A DNA stretch of 64,000 bases from Eledone cirrhosa (taxonomy: Eukaryota), in contig OZ024740.1 of the NCBI GenBank assembly GCA_964016885.1, forward strand, positions 112,530,001 through 112,594,000, read 5' to 3'. The position numbers and the translations under genes were made by a program. Below the pieces are notes generated by a model. It did not search any database and was not told the origin of the DNA. It saw only the letters and a program-made list of their open reading frames with translations. Below, piece by piece: positions 1 through 14,126 of the stretch (position 1 is the stretch's first letter; each line of letters opens with the position of its first letter).

Positions 1-573
1 TTGTTGAGTGCTCTAAATCAGTTATAAACATTTATATTTGTCGGACTTCCAACAAATTAAAGACCCCTTCTACTTATATATATATGTACACATTCACACA
101 CACACACACACATATATATATATACACAAAAAACACCCAGTGCTCACTGTAAATGAGGTTTGTATTAGGAAGGGCATCAAGCTATAAAAACCAAGCCAAA
201 GTCAGTTCTGTATGAGCAAAACATGGTCACTTGACCTGGCATTGCCCACTACAGGACAACTCGTTTAACCCATTCATCCTTCTTTCAAAGGTGAAGCATT
301 CATTTTGCTTTATCTAATGGCCAGAATAAATGTGGCTCACCACTCCTGCACACTCATAGATTTCTCCACTAACTGGAGCAGTTTTGTCAACCCATTATTT
401 AATTAATTTTTGATCATCAGCAAAGTCACTGGTGTTCATGATGCCAAGATCATCTAATTAAACGGATGATTGTTGCGAGAGCTACTGCTTACTATAAGAT
501 AAGCATGATTTTTATTGAGACTTATATATAACCACACATACCGAAAATATGACTTAGTAGCCGTACTAATAAT

Positions 574-757
574 TGTTTCTACTTTTGGCACAAGGCCAGA
601 AATTATTTCAGTGTATTACTGGTACTTTATTTTATCGACCGCGTAAGGATGAAAGGCAAAGTTAACCTTGGCGGGATTTGAACTCAGAATGGCAAGGGCC
701 GTAACTCTTTGCTGCAAACCATGGCATCAGACCCTTTACCGATACTGCCAATCCACC
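574..757 (-). mobile_element. tRNA-derived SINE, family B (Meta-domain-like)
   Basis: Minus strand reads GGTGGATTGGCAGTATCGG (A-box-like) ... GAGTTCAAATCCCGCC (B box) ... GCCTTTCATCCTTACGCGGTCGATAAAATAAAGTACCAG. Flanked by a 17-bp direct repeat GTAGCCGTACTAATAAT (557-573, 758-774) consistent with a TSD. Many related copies in the window. Confidence 0.85.
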
Positions 758-791
758 GTAGCCGTACTAATAATATTACCGGAAATATGCA

Positions 792-3700
792 TATACCATC
801 CACTATAACATGACTTAGTATCAACACTAATGATATTACCTCCAAAACCATTTATATACCATCCACTATAACATGACTTAGTATCAACACTAATGATATT
901 AACTCCAAAACCATTTATATATCATCCACTATAACACGACTTAGTATCAACACTAATGATATTACCTCCAAAACCATTTATATACTATCCACTATAACAC
1001 GACTTAGTATCAACACTAATGATATTACCTCCAAAACCATTTATATACTATCCACTATAACATGACTTAGTATCAACACTAATGATATTACCTCCAAAAC
1101 CATTTATATACCATCCACTATAACATGACTTAGTATCAACACTAATGATATTAACTCCAAAACCATTTATATATCATCCACTATAACATGACTTAGTATC
1201 AACACTAATGATATTACCTCCAAAACCATTTATATACTATCCACTATAACACGACTTAGTATCAACACTAATGATATTACCTCCAAAACCATTTATATAC
1301 CATCCACTATAACATGACTTAGTATCAACACTAATGATATTACATCCAAAACCATTTATATACCATCCACTATAACATGACTTAGTATCAACACTAATGA
1401 TATTACCTCCAAAACCATTTATATACTATCCACTATAACATGACTTAGTATCAACACTAATGATAGTACCTCCAAAACCATTTATATACCATCCACTATA
1501 ACACGACTTAGAATCAACACTAATGATATTACCTCCAAAACCATTTATATACTATCCACTATAACACGACTTAGTATCAAAACTAATGATATTACCTCCA
1601 AAACCATTTATATACCATCCACTATAACACGACTTAGTATCAACACTAATGATATTACCTCCAAAACCATTTATATACCATCCACTATAACATGACTTAG
1701 TATCAACACTAATGATATTACCTCCAAAACCATTTATATACCATCCACTATAACACGACTTAGTATCAACACTAATGATATTACCTCCAAAACCATTTAT
1801 ATACCATCCACTATAACACGACTTAGTATCAACACTAATGATATTACCTCCAAAACCATTTATATACCATCCACTATAACATGACTTAGTATTAACACTA
1901 ATGATATTACCTCCAAAACCATTTATATACCATCCACTATAACATGACTTAGTATCAACACTAATGATATTACCTCCAAAACCATTTATATACCATCCAC
2001 TATAACACGACTTAGTATCAACACTAATGATATTACCTCCAAAACCATTTATATACCATCCACTATAACATGACTTAGTATCAACACTAATGATATTACC
2101 TCCAAAACCATTTATATACCATCCACTATAACACGACTTAGTATCAACACTAATGATATTACCTCCAAAACCATTTATATACTATCCACTATAACACGAC
2201 TTAGTATCAACACTAATGATATTACCTCCAAAACCATTTATATACCATCCACTATAACATGACTTAGTATCAACACTAATGATATTACCTCCAAAACCAT
2301 TTATATACCATCCACTATAACACGACTTAGTATCAACACTAATGATATTACCTCCAAAACCATTTATATACCATCCACTATAACATGACTTAGTATCAAC
2401 ACTAATGATATTACCTCCAAAACCATTTATATACCATCCACTATAACATGACTTAGTATCAACACTAATGATATTACCTCCAAAACCATTTATATACCAT
2501 CCACTATAACATGACTTAGTATTAACACTAATGATATTACCTCCAAAACCATTTATATACCATCCACTATAACATGACTTAGTATCAACACTAATGATAT
2601 TACCTCCAAAACCATTTATATACCATCCACTATAACATGACTTAGTATCAACACTAATGATATTACCTCCAAAACCATTTATATACTATCCACTATAACA
2701 TGACTTAGTATCAACACTAATGATATTACCTCCAAAACCATTTATATACCATCCACTATAACATGACTTAGTATCAACACTAATGATATTACCTCCAAAA
2801 CCATTTATATACCATCCACTATAACACGACTTAGTATCAACACTAATGATATTACCTCCAAAACCATTTATATACCATCCACTATAACACGACTTAGTAT
2901 TAACACTAATGATATTACCTCCAAAACCATTTATATACCATCCACTATAACATGACTTAGTATCAACACTAATGATATTACCTCCAAAACCATTTATATA
3001 CCATCCACTATAACACGACTTAGTATTAACACTAATGATATTACCTCCAAAACCATTTATATACCATTCAATATAACATGACTTAGTATCAACACTAATG
3101 ATATTACCTCCAAAACCATTTATATACCATCCACTATAACACGACTTAGTATCAACACTAATGATATTACCTCCAAAACCATTTATATACCATCCACTAT
3201 AACATGACTTAGTATCAACACTAATGATATTACCTCCAAAACCATTTATATACCATCCACTATAACACGACTTAGTATCAACACTAATGATATTACCTCC
3301 AAAACCATTTATATACCATCCACTATAACATGACTTAGTATCAACACTAATGATATTACCTCCAAAACCATTTATATACTATCCACTATAACATGACTTA
3401 GTATCAACACTAATGATATTACCTCCAAAACCATTTATATACCATCCACTATAACACGACTTAGTATCAACACTAATGATATTACCTCCAAAACCATTTA
3501 TATACCATCCACTATAACATGACTTAGTATCAACACTAATGATATTACCTCCAAAACCATTTATATACCATCCACTATAACATGACTTAGTATCAACACT
3601 AATGATATTACCTCCAAAACCATTTATATACCATCCACTATAACATGACTTAGTATCAACACTAATGATATTACCTCCAAAACCATTTATATACCATCCA

Positions 3701-6700
3701 CTATAACATGACTTAGTATCAACACTAATGATATTACCTCCAAAACCATTTATATACCATCCACTATAACACGACTTAGTATCAACACTAATGATATTAC
3801 CTCCAAAACCATTTATATACCATCCACTATAACATGTCTTAGTATCAACATTAATGATATTACCTCCAAAACCATTTATATACCATCCACTATAACATGA
3901 CATAGTATCAACACTAATGATATTACCTCCAAAACCATGCATATACCATCCACTATAACATGACTTAGTATTAACACTAATGATATTACCTCCAAAACCA
4001 TTTATATACCATCCACTATAACACGACTTAGTATCAACACTAATGATATTACCTCCCAAACCATTTATATACCATCCACTATAACATGACTTAGTATCAA
4101 CACTAATGATATTACCTCCAAAACCATTTATATACCATCCACTATAACATGACTTAGTATCAACACTAATGATATTACCTCCAAAACCATTTATATACTA
4201 TCCACTATAACATGACTTAGTATCAACACTAATGATATTACCTCCAAAACCATTTATATACCATCCACTATAACATGACTTAGTATCAACACTAATGATA
4301 TTACCTCCAAAACCATTTATATACCATCCACTATAACATGACTTAGTATCAACACTAATGATATTACCTCCAAAACCATTTATATACCATCCACTATAAC
4401 ACGACTTAGTATTAACACTAATGATATTACCTCCAAAACCATTTATATACCATCCACTATAACATGACTTAGTATCAACACTAATGATATTACCTCCAAA
4501 ACCATTTATATACCATCCACTATAACACGACTTAGTATCAACACTAATGATATTACCTCCAAAACCATTTATATACCATCCACTATAACATGACTTAGTA
4601 TCAACACTAATGATATTACCTCCAAAACCATTTATATACCATCCACTATAACACGACTTAGTATCAACACTAATGATATTACCTCCAAAACCATTTATAT
4701 ACCATCCACTATAACATGACTTAGTATCAACACTAATGATATTACCTCCAAAACCATTTATATACTATCCACTATAACATGACTTAGTATCAACACTAAT
4801 GATATTACCTCCAAAACCATTTATATACCATCCACTATAACACGACTTAGTATCAACACTAATGATATTACCTCCAAAACCATTTATATACCATCCACTA
4901 TAACATGACTTAGTATCAACACTAATGATATTACCTCCAAAACCATTTATATACCATCCACTATAACATGACTTAGTATCAACACTAATGATATTACCTC
5001 CAAAACCATTTATATACCATCCACTATAACATGACTTAGTATCAACACTAATGATATTACCTCCAAAACCATTTATATACCATCCACTATAACATGACTT
5101 AGTATCAACACTAATGATATTACCTCCAAAACCATTTATATACCATCCACTATAACACGACTTAGTATCAACACTAATGATATTACCTCCAAAACCATTT
5201 ATATACCATCCACTATAACATGACTTAGTATCAACATTAATGATATTACCTCCAAAACCATTTATATACCATCCACTATAACATGACATAGTATCAACAC
5301 TAATGATATTACCTCCAAAACCATGCATATACCATCCACTATAACATGACTTAGTATTAACACTAATGATATTACCTCCAAAACCATTTATATACCATCC
5401 ACTATAACACGACTTAGTATCAACACTAATGATATTACCTCCAAAACCATTTATATACCATCCACTATAACATGACTTAGTATCAACACTAATGATATTA
5501 CCTCCCAAACCATTTATATACCATCCACTATAACATGACTTAGTATCAACACTAATGATATTACCTCCAAAACCATTTATATACCATCCACTATAACATG
5601 ACTTAGTATCAACACTAATGATATTACCTCCAAAACCATTTATATACTATCCACTATAACATGACTTAGTATCAACACTAATGATATTACCTCCAAAACC
5701 ATTTATATACCATCCACTATAACATGACTTAGTATCAACACTAATGATATTACCTCCAAAACCATTTATATACCATCCACTATAACACGACTTAGTATCA
5801 ACATTAATGATATTACCTCCAAAACCATTTATATACTATCCACTATAACACGACTTAGTATCAACACTAATGATATTACCTCCAAAACCATTTATATACC
5901 ATCCACTATAACACGACTTAGTATCAACACTAATGATATTACCTCCAAAACCATTTATATACCATCCACTATAACATGACTTAGTATCAACACTAATGAT
6001 ATTACCTCCAAAACCATTTATATACCATCCACTATAACATGACTTAGTATCAACACTAATGATATTACCTCCAAAACCATTTATATACCATCCACTATAA
6101 CACGACTTAGTATCAACACTAATGATATTACCTCCAAAACCATTTATATACCATCCACTATAACATGACTTAGTATCAACACTAATGATATTACCTCCAA
6201 AACCATTTATATACCATCCACTATAACACGACTTAGTATCAACACTAATGATATTACCTCCAAAACCATTTATATACCATCCACTATAACATGACTTAGT
6301 ATCAACACTAATGATATTACCTCCAAAACCATTTATATACCATCCACTATAACATGACTTAATATCAACACTAATGATATTACCTCCAAAACCATTTATA
6401 TACTATCCACTATAACATGACTTAGTATTAACACTAATGATATTACCTCCAAAACCATTTATATACCATCCACTATAACATGACTTAGTATTAACACTAA
6501 TGATATTACCTCCAAAACCATTTATATACCATCCACTATAACATGACTTAGTATCAACACTAATGATATTACCTCCAAAACCATTTATATACCATCCACT
6601 ATAACATGACTTAGTATTAACACTAATGATATTACCTCCAAAACCATTTATATACCATCCACTATAACATGACTTAGTATCAACACTAATGATATTACCT

Positions 6701-7810
6701 CCAAAACCATTTATATACCATCCACTATAACATGACTTAGTATCAACACTAATGATATTACCTCCAAAACCATTTATATACTATCCACTATAACATGACT
6801 TAGTATCAACACTAATGATATTACCTCCAAAACCATTTATATACCATCCACTATAACATGACTTAGTATCAACACTAATGATATTACCTCCAAAACCATT
6901 TATATACCATCCACTATAACACGACTTAGTATCAACATTAATGATATTACCTCCAAAACCATTTATATACTATCCACTATAACACGACTTAGTATCAACA
7001 CTAATGATATTACCTCCAAAACCATTTATATACCATCCACTATAACACGACTTAGTATCAACACTAATGATATTACCTCCAAAACCATTTATATACCATC
7101 CACTATAACATGACTTAGTATCAACACTAATGATATTACCTCCAAAACCATTTATATACCATCCACTATAACATGACTTAGTATCAACACTAATGATATT
7201 ACCTCCAAAACCATTTATATACCATCCACTATAACACGACTTAGTATCAACACTAATGATATTACCTCCAAAACCATTTATATACCATCCACTATAACAT
7301 GACTTAGTATCAACACTAATGATATTACCTCCAAAACCATTTATATACCATCCACTATAACACGACTTAGTATCAACACTAATGATATTACCTCCAAAAC
7401 CATTTATATACCATCCACTATAACATGACTTAGTATCAACACTAATGATATTACCTCCAAAACCATTTATATACCATCCACTATAACATGACTTAATATC
7501 AACACTAATGATATTACCTCCAAAACCATTTATATACTATCCACTATAACATGACTTAGTATTAACACTAATGATATTACCTCCAAAACCATTTATATAC
7601 CATCCACTATAACATGACTTAGTATTAACACTAATGATATTACCTCCAAAACCATTTATATACCATCCACTATAACATGACTTAGTATCAACACTAATGA
7701 TATTACCTCCAAAACCATTTATATACCATCCACTATAACATGACTTAGTATCAACACTAATGATATTACCTCCAAAACCATTTATATACCAACCACCAAT
7801 ATGACTTAGT
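792..7810. repeat. 63-bp tandem satellite, ~111 near-identical copies
   Basis: Unit TATACCATCCACTATAACATGACTTAGTATCAACACTAATGATATTACCTCCAAAACCATTTA repeated continuously with only point variants. Degenerate monomers at both edges. Confidence 0.98.
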
Positions 7811-7861
7811 GACACTACTAATGATACTACAACAAACATTCATATACTAATGACTAATAAC

Positions 7862-8002
7862 TGTTTCTACATTTGGCACAAAACCAGCAATTATCCAGTG
7901 TATTACTGGTACTTTATTTTATCGACCCCGAAAGGATGAAAGGCAAAGTTAACCTCGGCGGGATTTGAACTCAGAATGGCAAGGACCGAAACTCTATGCG
8001 TC
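7862..8002 (-). mobile_element. 5'-truncated family B SINE
   Basis: Same sequence as 574-757. 13-bp TSD AATGACTAATAAC at 7849-7861 and 8003-8015. Confidence 0.85.
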
Positions 8003-8149
8003 AATGACTAATAACATGACTTAGTACCAGTAATAAGGATGTTACAATCATCATGATCAGCAGCAGTATTTTTATTATTCAATTTCAACCAATATGAAGT
8101 CCACTTACCACAGCTACTGCTAACAACACCACTAGATTGGCTAGCTGCA

Positions 8150-8630
8150 TCATCATCATCTTTACTACCATTATACTACTAATACTACCATTATACTACT
8201 ACCACCATCACTAATACTACCATTATTACTACTACCACCACCACCAACATTACTAGTACTACTACCACCACCAACGCTGCCACCAGCACCAGCACTACCA
8301 CCACCACCACAAACACTGCCACTACCACTACTACTATTACTACTACTACTACAACCACCACCACCACTACCACCTCTACTACTACTATTACCACCACTTC
8401 TACATTCAATATAAATGTCCAGTACATGATTTACCTAGGAGCAATCAGGAAGGAGAACAAAACAAATAAATTAGTATGACAAGAAAAAACAGTTAAATAT
8501 TTGCTATGGTTGTTGTTGTTGTTATCTGTAGTGGTTGTGGTAGTGGGTACAGTGTTGTTGTTGCCTGTAGTAGTGGTGGTATTGGTTAAGGTGCTGTTGT
8601 TTTCTGTAGTAGTGGTAGTGGTGGTGGCAC
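8150..8630. repeat. Low-complexity (ACT/ACC)n followed by (GTT/GTG/GTA)n trinucleotide tracts
   Basis: Directly visible. Source of the poly-Val/Leu ORFs. Confidence 0.9.
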
Positions 8631-8743
8631 TACTACATATATATACTATATACTATACATACTCTCTCTCTCTATATATATATATATAGGACTTTAACAT
8701 CTCCAACTACTTTGCATTTTCTTATTCGCTCTCTCTCTCTATG

Positions 8744-8780
<37 letters not shown>

Positions 8781-9221
8781 AGATAGACATAGAATATTCG
8801 AAAATATTCTGTATGTTTATAATAAACATTTTGAAGACCTAATCGCTATAGAATAGAATACGTCACGTATTACAATTAGATTCTCGATAAAAGCAAGGGA
8901 AGTAACCTACGCGTTTCATTCTTATTAGAAATCTTCAGGATTACATATCCAGTGCTTTTATCGAGAATGACACAGCTAGAGACTTATAGAATACTTAGCT
9001 GTGTACAGGAACTGGTTTGAAAGAGCGGTTGCCGGTCCGGCAGAAATTAGAAATTGGATTAAATGCTCTGATATAGCGATATATATGTGAAGATAGACAT
9101 AGACTATTCGAAAATATTCTGTATGTTTATAACAAACATTTTGAAGACCTAATCGCTATAGAATAGAATACGTCACGTATTACAATTAGATTCTCGATAA
9201 AAGCAAGGGAAGGTTACTTCC
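8781..9221 (-). mobile_element. Penelope-like pseudo-LTR / retrozyme-like 310-bp partial tandem element carrying a hammerhead motif
   Basis: 8781-8902 is duplicated at 9091-9212 (period 310). Embedded in (TA)n. Contains the hammerhead described at 8881-8967. Confidence 0.65.
8881..8967 (-). ncRNA. Minimal type I hammerhead ribozyme (predicted)
   Basis: Minus strand: GTAATC-CTGAAGA-T-TTCT-AATA-AGAA-T-GAAA-CGCG-TA^GGTTAC. Intact CUGANGA/GAAA/UH core, stem I GTAATC:GGTTAC, stem II TTCT:AGAA, palindromic ACGCGT stem III, plus a 15-bp distal helix TTCTCGATAAAAGCA:TGCTTTTATCGAGAA. Confidence 0.75.
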
Positions 9222-9605
9222 ATGCTAGCGTGGAAGAACGGACGTAAAACGGTGATGATGATGATGATGATGATATATATATATATAGAGAGAGATAAAT
9301 GTAAAATCATGATGATGATGATGATGATGTGATTTTGCTATTGTGAGTGTACCAGTTTCTATTTTATTTGTATGTGTATGTGTGTGTATCCTTGTTGCAT
9401 AGAAGATATTTGAGATGAGAAAACATGCCTGCCCATGTAGATCATCATCATCACCAGCACCACCACAAACACCATCATTACCACCATCATCACCATCATC
9501 ACCACCACCAACTACACCCTCATTATCATCATCATTGTTAGCATAGGCTGGATGATACTTTTAGATGTGGTCTTTTACAGCTGAGTGTTCTTCCTGACAG
9601 CGATC

Positions 9606-10806
9606 CATTGCCATACATCTTGGACATATCTTCTCATCCCTTCCACCACCCATTGTCATACATCCAGGACATACCTTGTCATCCCTTCCACCACCCATTG
9701 TCATAGATCCAGGTCATACCTTGTCATCCCTTCCACCACCCATTGCCATACATCTTGGACATATCTTCTCATCCCTTCCACCACCCATTCTCCTACATCT
9801 TGGACATATCTTCTCATCCCTTCCACCACCCATTGTCCTACATCTTGGACATATCTTCTCATCCCTTCCACCACCCATTGTCCTACATCCAGGTCATACC
9901 TTGTCATCCCTTCCACCACCCATTGTCACACATCCAGGTCATACCTTGTCATCCCTTCCACCACCCATTGTCATAGATCCAAGTCATACCTTGTCATCCC
10001 TTCCACCACCCATTGTCATACATCCAGGTCATACCTTGTCATCCCTTCCACCACCGATTGCCATACATCTTGGACATATCTTCTCATCCCTTCCACCACC
10101 CATTGCCATACATCCAGGTCATACCTTGTCATCCCTTCCACCACCCATTGTCCTACATCCAGGTCATACCTTGTCATCCCTTCCACCACCCATTGCCATA
10201 CATCCAGGTCATACCTTGTCATCCCTTCCACCACCCATTGCCATACATCCAGGTCATATCTTGTCGTCTCTTCCACCACCCATTGTCATACATCCAGGAC
10301 ATATCTTGTCATACATCCAGGTCATACCTTGATATCCCTTCCACCACCCATTGTCATACATCCAGGTCATACCTTGTCATCCCTTCCACCACCCATTGCC
10401 ATACATCCAGGTCATATCTTGTCGTCTCTTCCACCACCCATTGTCATACATCCAGGACATATCTTGTCATACATCCAGGTCATACCTTGTCATCCCTTCC
10501 ACCACCCATTGTCATACATCCAGGTCATACCTTGTCATCCCTTCCACCACCCATTGCCATACATCCAGGTCATATCTTGTCGTCTCTTCCACCACCCATT
10601 GTCATACATCCAGGACATATCTTGTCATACATCCAGGTCATACCTTGTCATCCCTTCCACCACCCATTGCCATACATCCAGGTCATACCTTGTCATCCCT
10701 TCCACCACCCATTGTCATACATCCAGGTCATACCTTGTCATCCCTTCCACCACCCATTGCCATACATCCAGGACATACCTTGTCATCCCTTCCACCACCC
10801 ATTGCC
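9606..10806. repeat. 45-bp minisatellite (~27 units) with 158-bp higher-order units
   Basis: Unit CCATTGTCATACATCCAGGTCATACCTTGTCATCCCTTCCACCAC. Variant GTCGTCTC recurs at 10263, 10421 and 10579. Confidence 0.95.
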
Positions 10807-13054
10807 CAATGATCATGGCATACTTCCTATCTCTTCCCTTTATAAAGTAGGGACGGCTTTTCAGTGGAGTCACTGACTGGCTACCTCCCTAGTACTGGTG
10901 ACACAATAAAATACCCTCAGTTCACTATGTATAGTGATTGGTGTTAGAAAGGCTTCCAGCCACAGAGACCAAGCCAAAGTATTAAGAGAGAACCCTTCAG
11001 TGTTGACACGGCAACTTTTCTAGTACCATGAAAAATGCACCCAGTACAGCCTGTAAGATGATTGGTGACAGGAAGGACATCAGCTATAGAACCCATGCGA
11101 AACAATGAGAATCTGCAGTCGTGCTATATATATGTGGGTGTGGGTGTGCACGCGTATGCATGTCTGTGCATGTGTGTGTGTGTGTGTGTGTGTGTGTCCA
11201 TGTTTACATTCGTGTTTGTCTTTTGTAACTTTTGACAAAAAAGATCTTGATGAATAAATACCACATTTGAAAATACAAGTACTTGGTTCTATATGATAAA
11301 CTAAATCCAATAATAGAATATATGCGCGCATGTGTGTGAGAGAGAGGCTAGGGTCGGAGGTGGTCAAAGTGTGTGTGAGAGAGTGAGAGAAAGAAGAGTT
11401 TGGGTGGAAGGTTCAAAAAGCTACTGAAAATAACATTTATCTCTAGTCTATTCCTGCACAATTTAGCCACCCTATCACCTGATAACAGAGCAACATAAAA
11501 TAGAAACATTAAAAAGAAAGAGATATGCTATGTTGTTATCACACAGTCACCTCCATGTTGCAAGTTTATCATTACTGCATTGATACCACTTCTCTTGAGC
11601 AGTGTCTGGCACGATGATGGAACATGTTTTTTGTTTTACTGTTTAATCAAGGAAAGAAAGGCAATACCCATGACCCATTTCAGGGCCTCTGAAGTTGATA
11701 TTGACATGAAATTTAAAAGGATTTAGTTGGCCACCCACGAGGTATCTTATAGGAGATTTCTTGGGCATTTTAACAATAGGGACCCTAGTTGACTAATGAA
11801 AAGTAGCATGAAATGAAGTGCCGTACTTAAGATCACAATGCGCTTTTCTTTCAAGGAATCAAATTCATGGCCTTATGATTGTGAGTTCAACAGCCTCACT
11901 ACTAAGCCATGCGCATTCACACATGGGAGATATTCACAACCTGGAGACCCGACTCAAATGTTACAAAAGCTGGACACCTCTAAAGAAAGACACCCAAGGG
12001 CAAGGTGGTAGGTGGTGTTAAACTAGACGAGGGATTAAGTCTACTACACAAATGAAAGCAAACCACAGTGGACTTTGAACTTAGAATGCAAAGAGCCAGA
12101 ATCCCACAAAGTAATTTCTCTGGCATTCTAAATTCATGTTATTAGCTTCATCTATATCACTAGCATTATCATCATCTTTTACCATTTGTGTTCCTGCTTG
12201 CAAGAGTTGAATGGGTCATCAGAGATCAAGTCAGTACTTAACTGGAGCTACTGATCTGACAGACAGGCCTTGGGCTGCATTTTGTTTACATCCACTCCTG
12301 CACTTTACAGAGTGCACTGATCATGGCACCAACTCTAAGAAACTTGTCATGTCTTAGGCACAACTGAAGAATCTTTTCAACCCTTTACTTGGTAAGATAT
12401 CTAGGACTGGATGCCCTTATTATCACTTACCATGTCTCAGATTGTACTGGTTGCATTTTATTGTGACACTAACTCTAAAGTAGTTGTCATATTTTAGATA
12501 CAACTGAAGAATTCTCTCAATTCTTTGTTTGGCATATTTTCTATCACTGTTTGCTTTTTCTGTGACAAATCACTTTGCACAATGTGTACCAGATGCATTT
12601 TATTCAAGTATATAAATGACAACATGAGAATGGCTGAAGATTTAGCCGTAAAATGTTCTATCCTTTAAATTCAATCAAATTTTTAAATTTTCTCTACCAT
12701 TCAATCCATGCTAAGGAATAATTAAAAACGGCAAACAAATGCCCAAAATATTTCTAAGAACTTTCAAAACGGGTTGTTGTATTGGAAACTTGGAAATTTG
12801 TAATTTTCTAATCGAAAATACATTATGCACCTTTGTTGTTATTATCTTGTTGTTGTTTATTTATTTACCCCTTAATTCTTTGTAAGATCTTAATCATGTT
12901 TTCTAATATATCTTCCATCATGATATGTCAGTACATTATTCTATTATCACTGTAGGGAAATCAGTAACCAATTTGTTTACAAATACTTGCCTTAGCTAGC
13001 CAGCAGCTAATACAAACCACCAGTTTAGTTTAGCTAAGTGATCAACTAACAGTA

Positions 13055-13705
13055 TATACACACACACACACACCACAACATAACACATACACACACCATA
13101 ATACTACACACACCTCATAAAATAACACATTCACACACCTCACACACATACACACCACACACTACACAACGTAACACAGCATTCACACATACACAAAACA
13201 TAACACCACACACACACATGCACACCACACATTCACACACCACACACACACACATGCACACCACACACACATACACACACTCACACCACACATGCAACAC
13301 AACATAAATTCCACACATGCAACAAAATACACACACACATATATACATGCATCACATGACACATATACACATCATAACACATGCATCATATCACACACAC
13401 AACTCAACACGTACACACAACACACATACACATATACCACCACACACGCACATCACACACCACACCACAATACATACACACAACACAACACACACATCAC
13501 ACCACATACATCACACCACACCACACAACACACACATATATACATGCACACAACATAAACCACACAACACAAACCACACAACACAATTTCACACCACACA
13601 CACAAACCACTCAACACACACAAACCACACAACACACACAAACCACACAACACACACACAACAGCAAACAACACACATATCCACATGGACAACACTTACA
13701 CACAT
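13055..13705. repeat. Degenerate (CA)n/CAC-rich low-complexity tract
   Basis: Directly visible. Confidence 0.9.
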
Positions 13706-14126
13706 GACATTTGCGACCATCATGTGATGAAACTTAAAGATATGTAATAAATGTTATTAGATTTCCTTGATACTTATTAGCTTTCAATGTAAAAGCTATT
13801 ATTTTCCTTGAATAAATCTTTAGATTCAACCCAGTCCAAAACCTAATTATTCCTTGTTGCTTTTTTCCTTCTTTTCATTTTCAACAGGCTTTAAGATTCT
13901 TCTTATGGCATTATACTCTAGGGCCATTTTGTTTCTAATAAGATACCTCCTCACTTTTGTTTACCTAGTGTCTATTATTATTACTGTCGTTGTTGTTGTT
14001 GTTATTATTATTATTGTCATTATTATTATTATTATTAATATTTGTCTTTGTACTGTCCCCTACATGTCGGCCCTTGTGGCTAATAAATGAAATCATTATT
14101 ATTATTATTATTATTCAGCCCTTGCA

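Noticed and set aside
3379-7839. Minus-strand ORFs of (GGNIISVDTKSCYSGWYINGF)n as a repeat protein; also the array as a CRISPR
   Set aside because: They are translations of the 63-bp satellite. TGG>TAG stop variants are scattered and propagated through the array, there is no credible start or splice context, and there are no unique spacers.
9585-10876. 421-aa and overlapping ORFs
   Set aside because: All three frames are open because of the 45-bp repeat, and the frame shifts at the shortened units.
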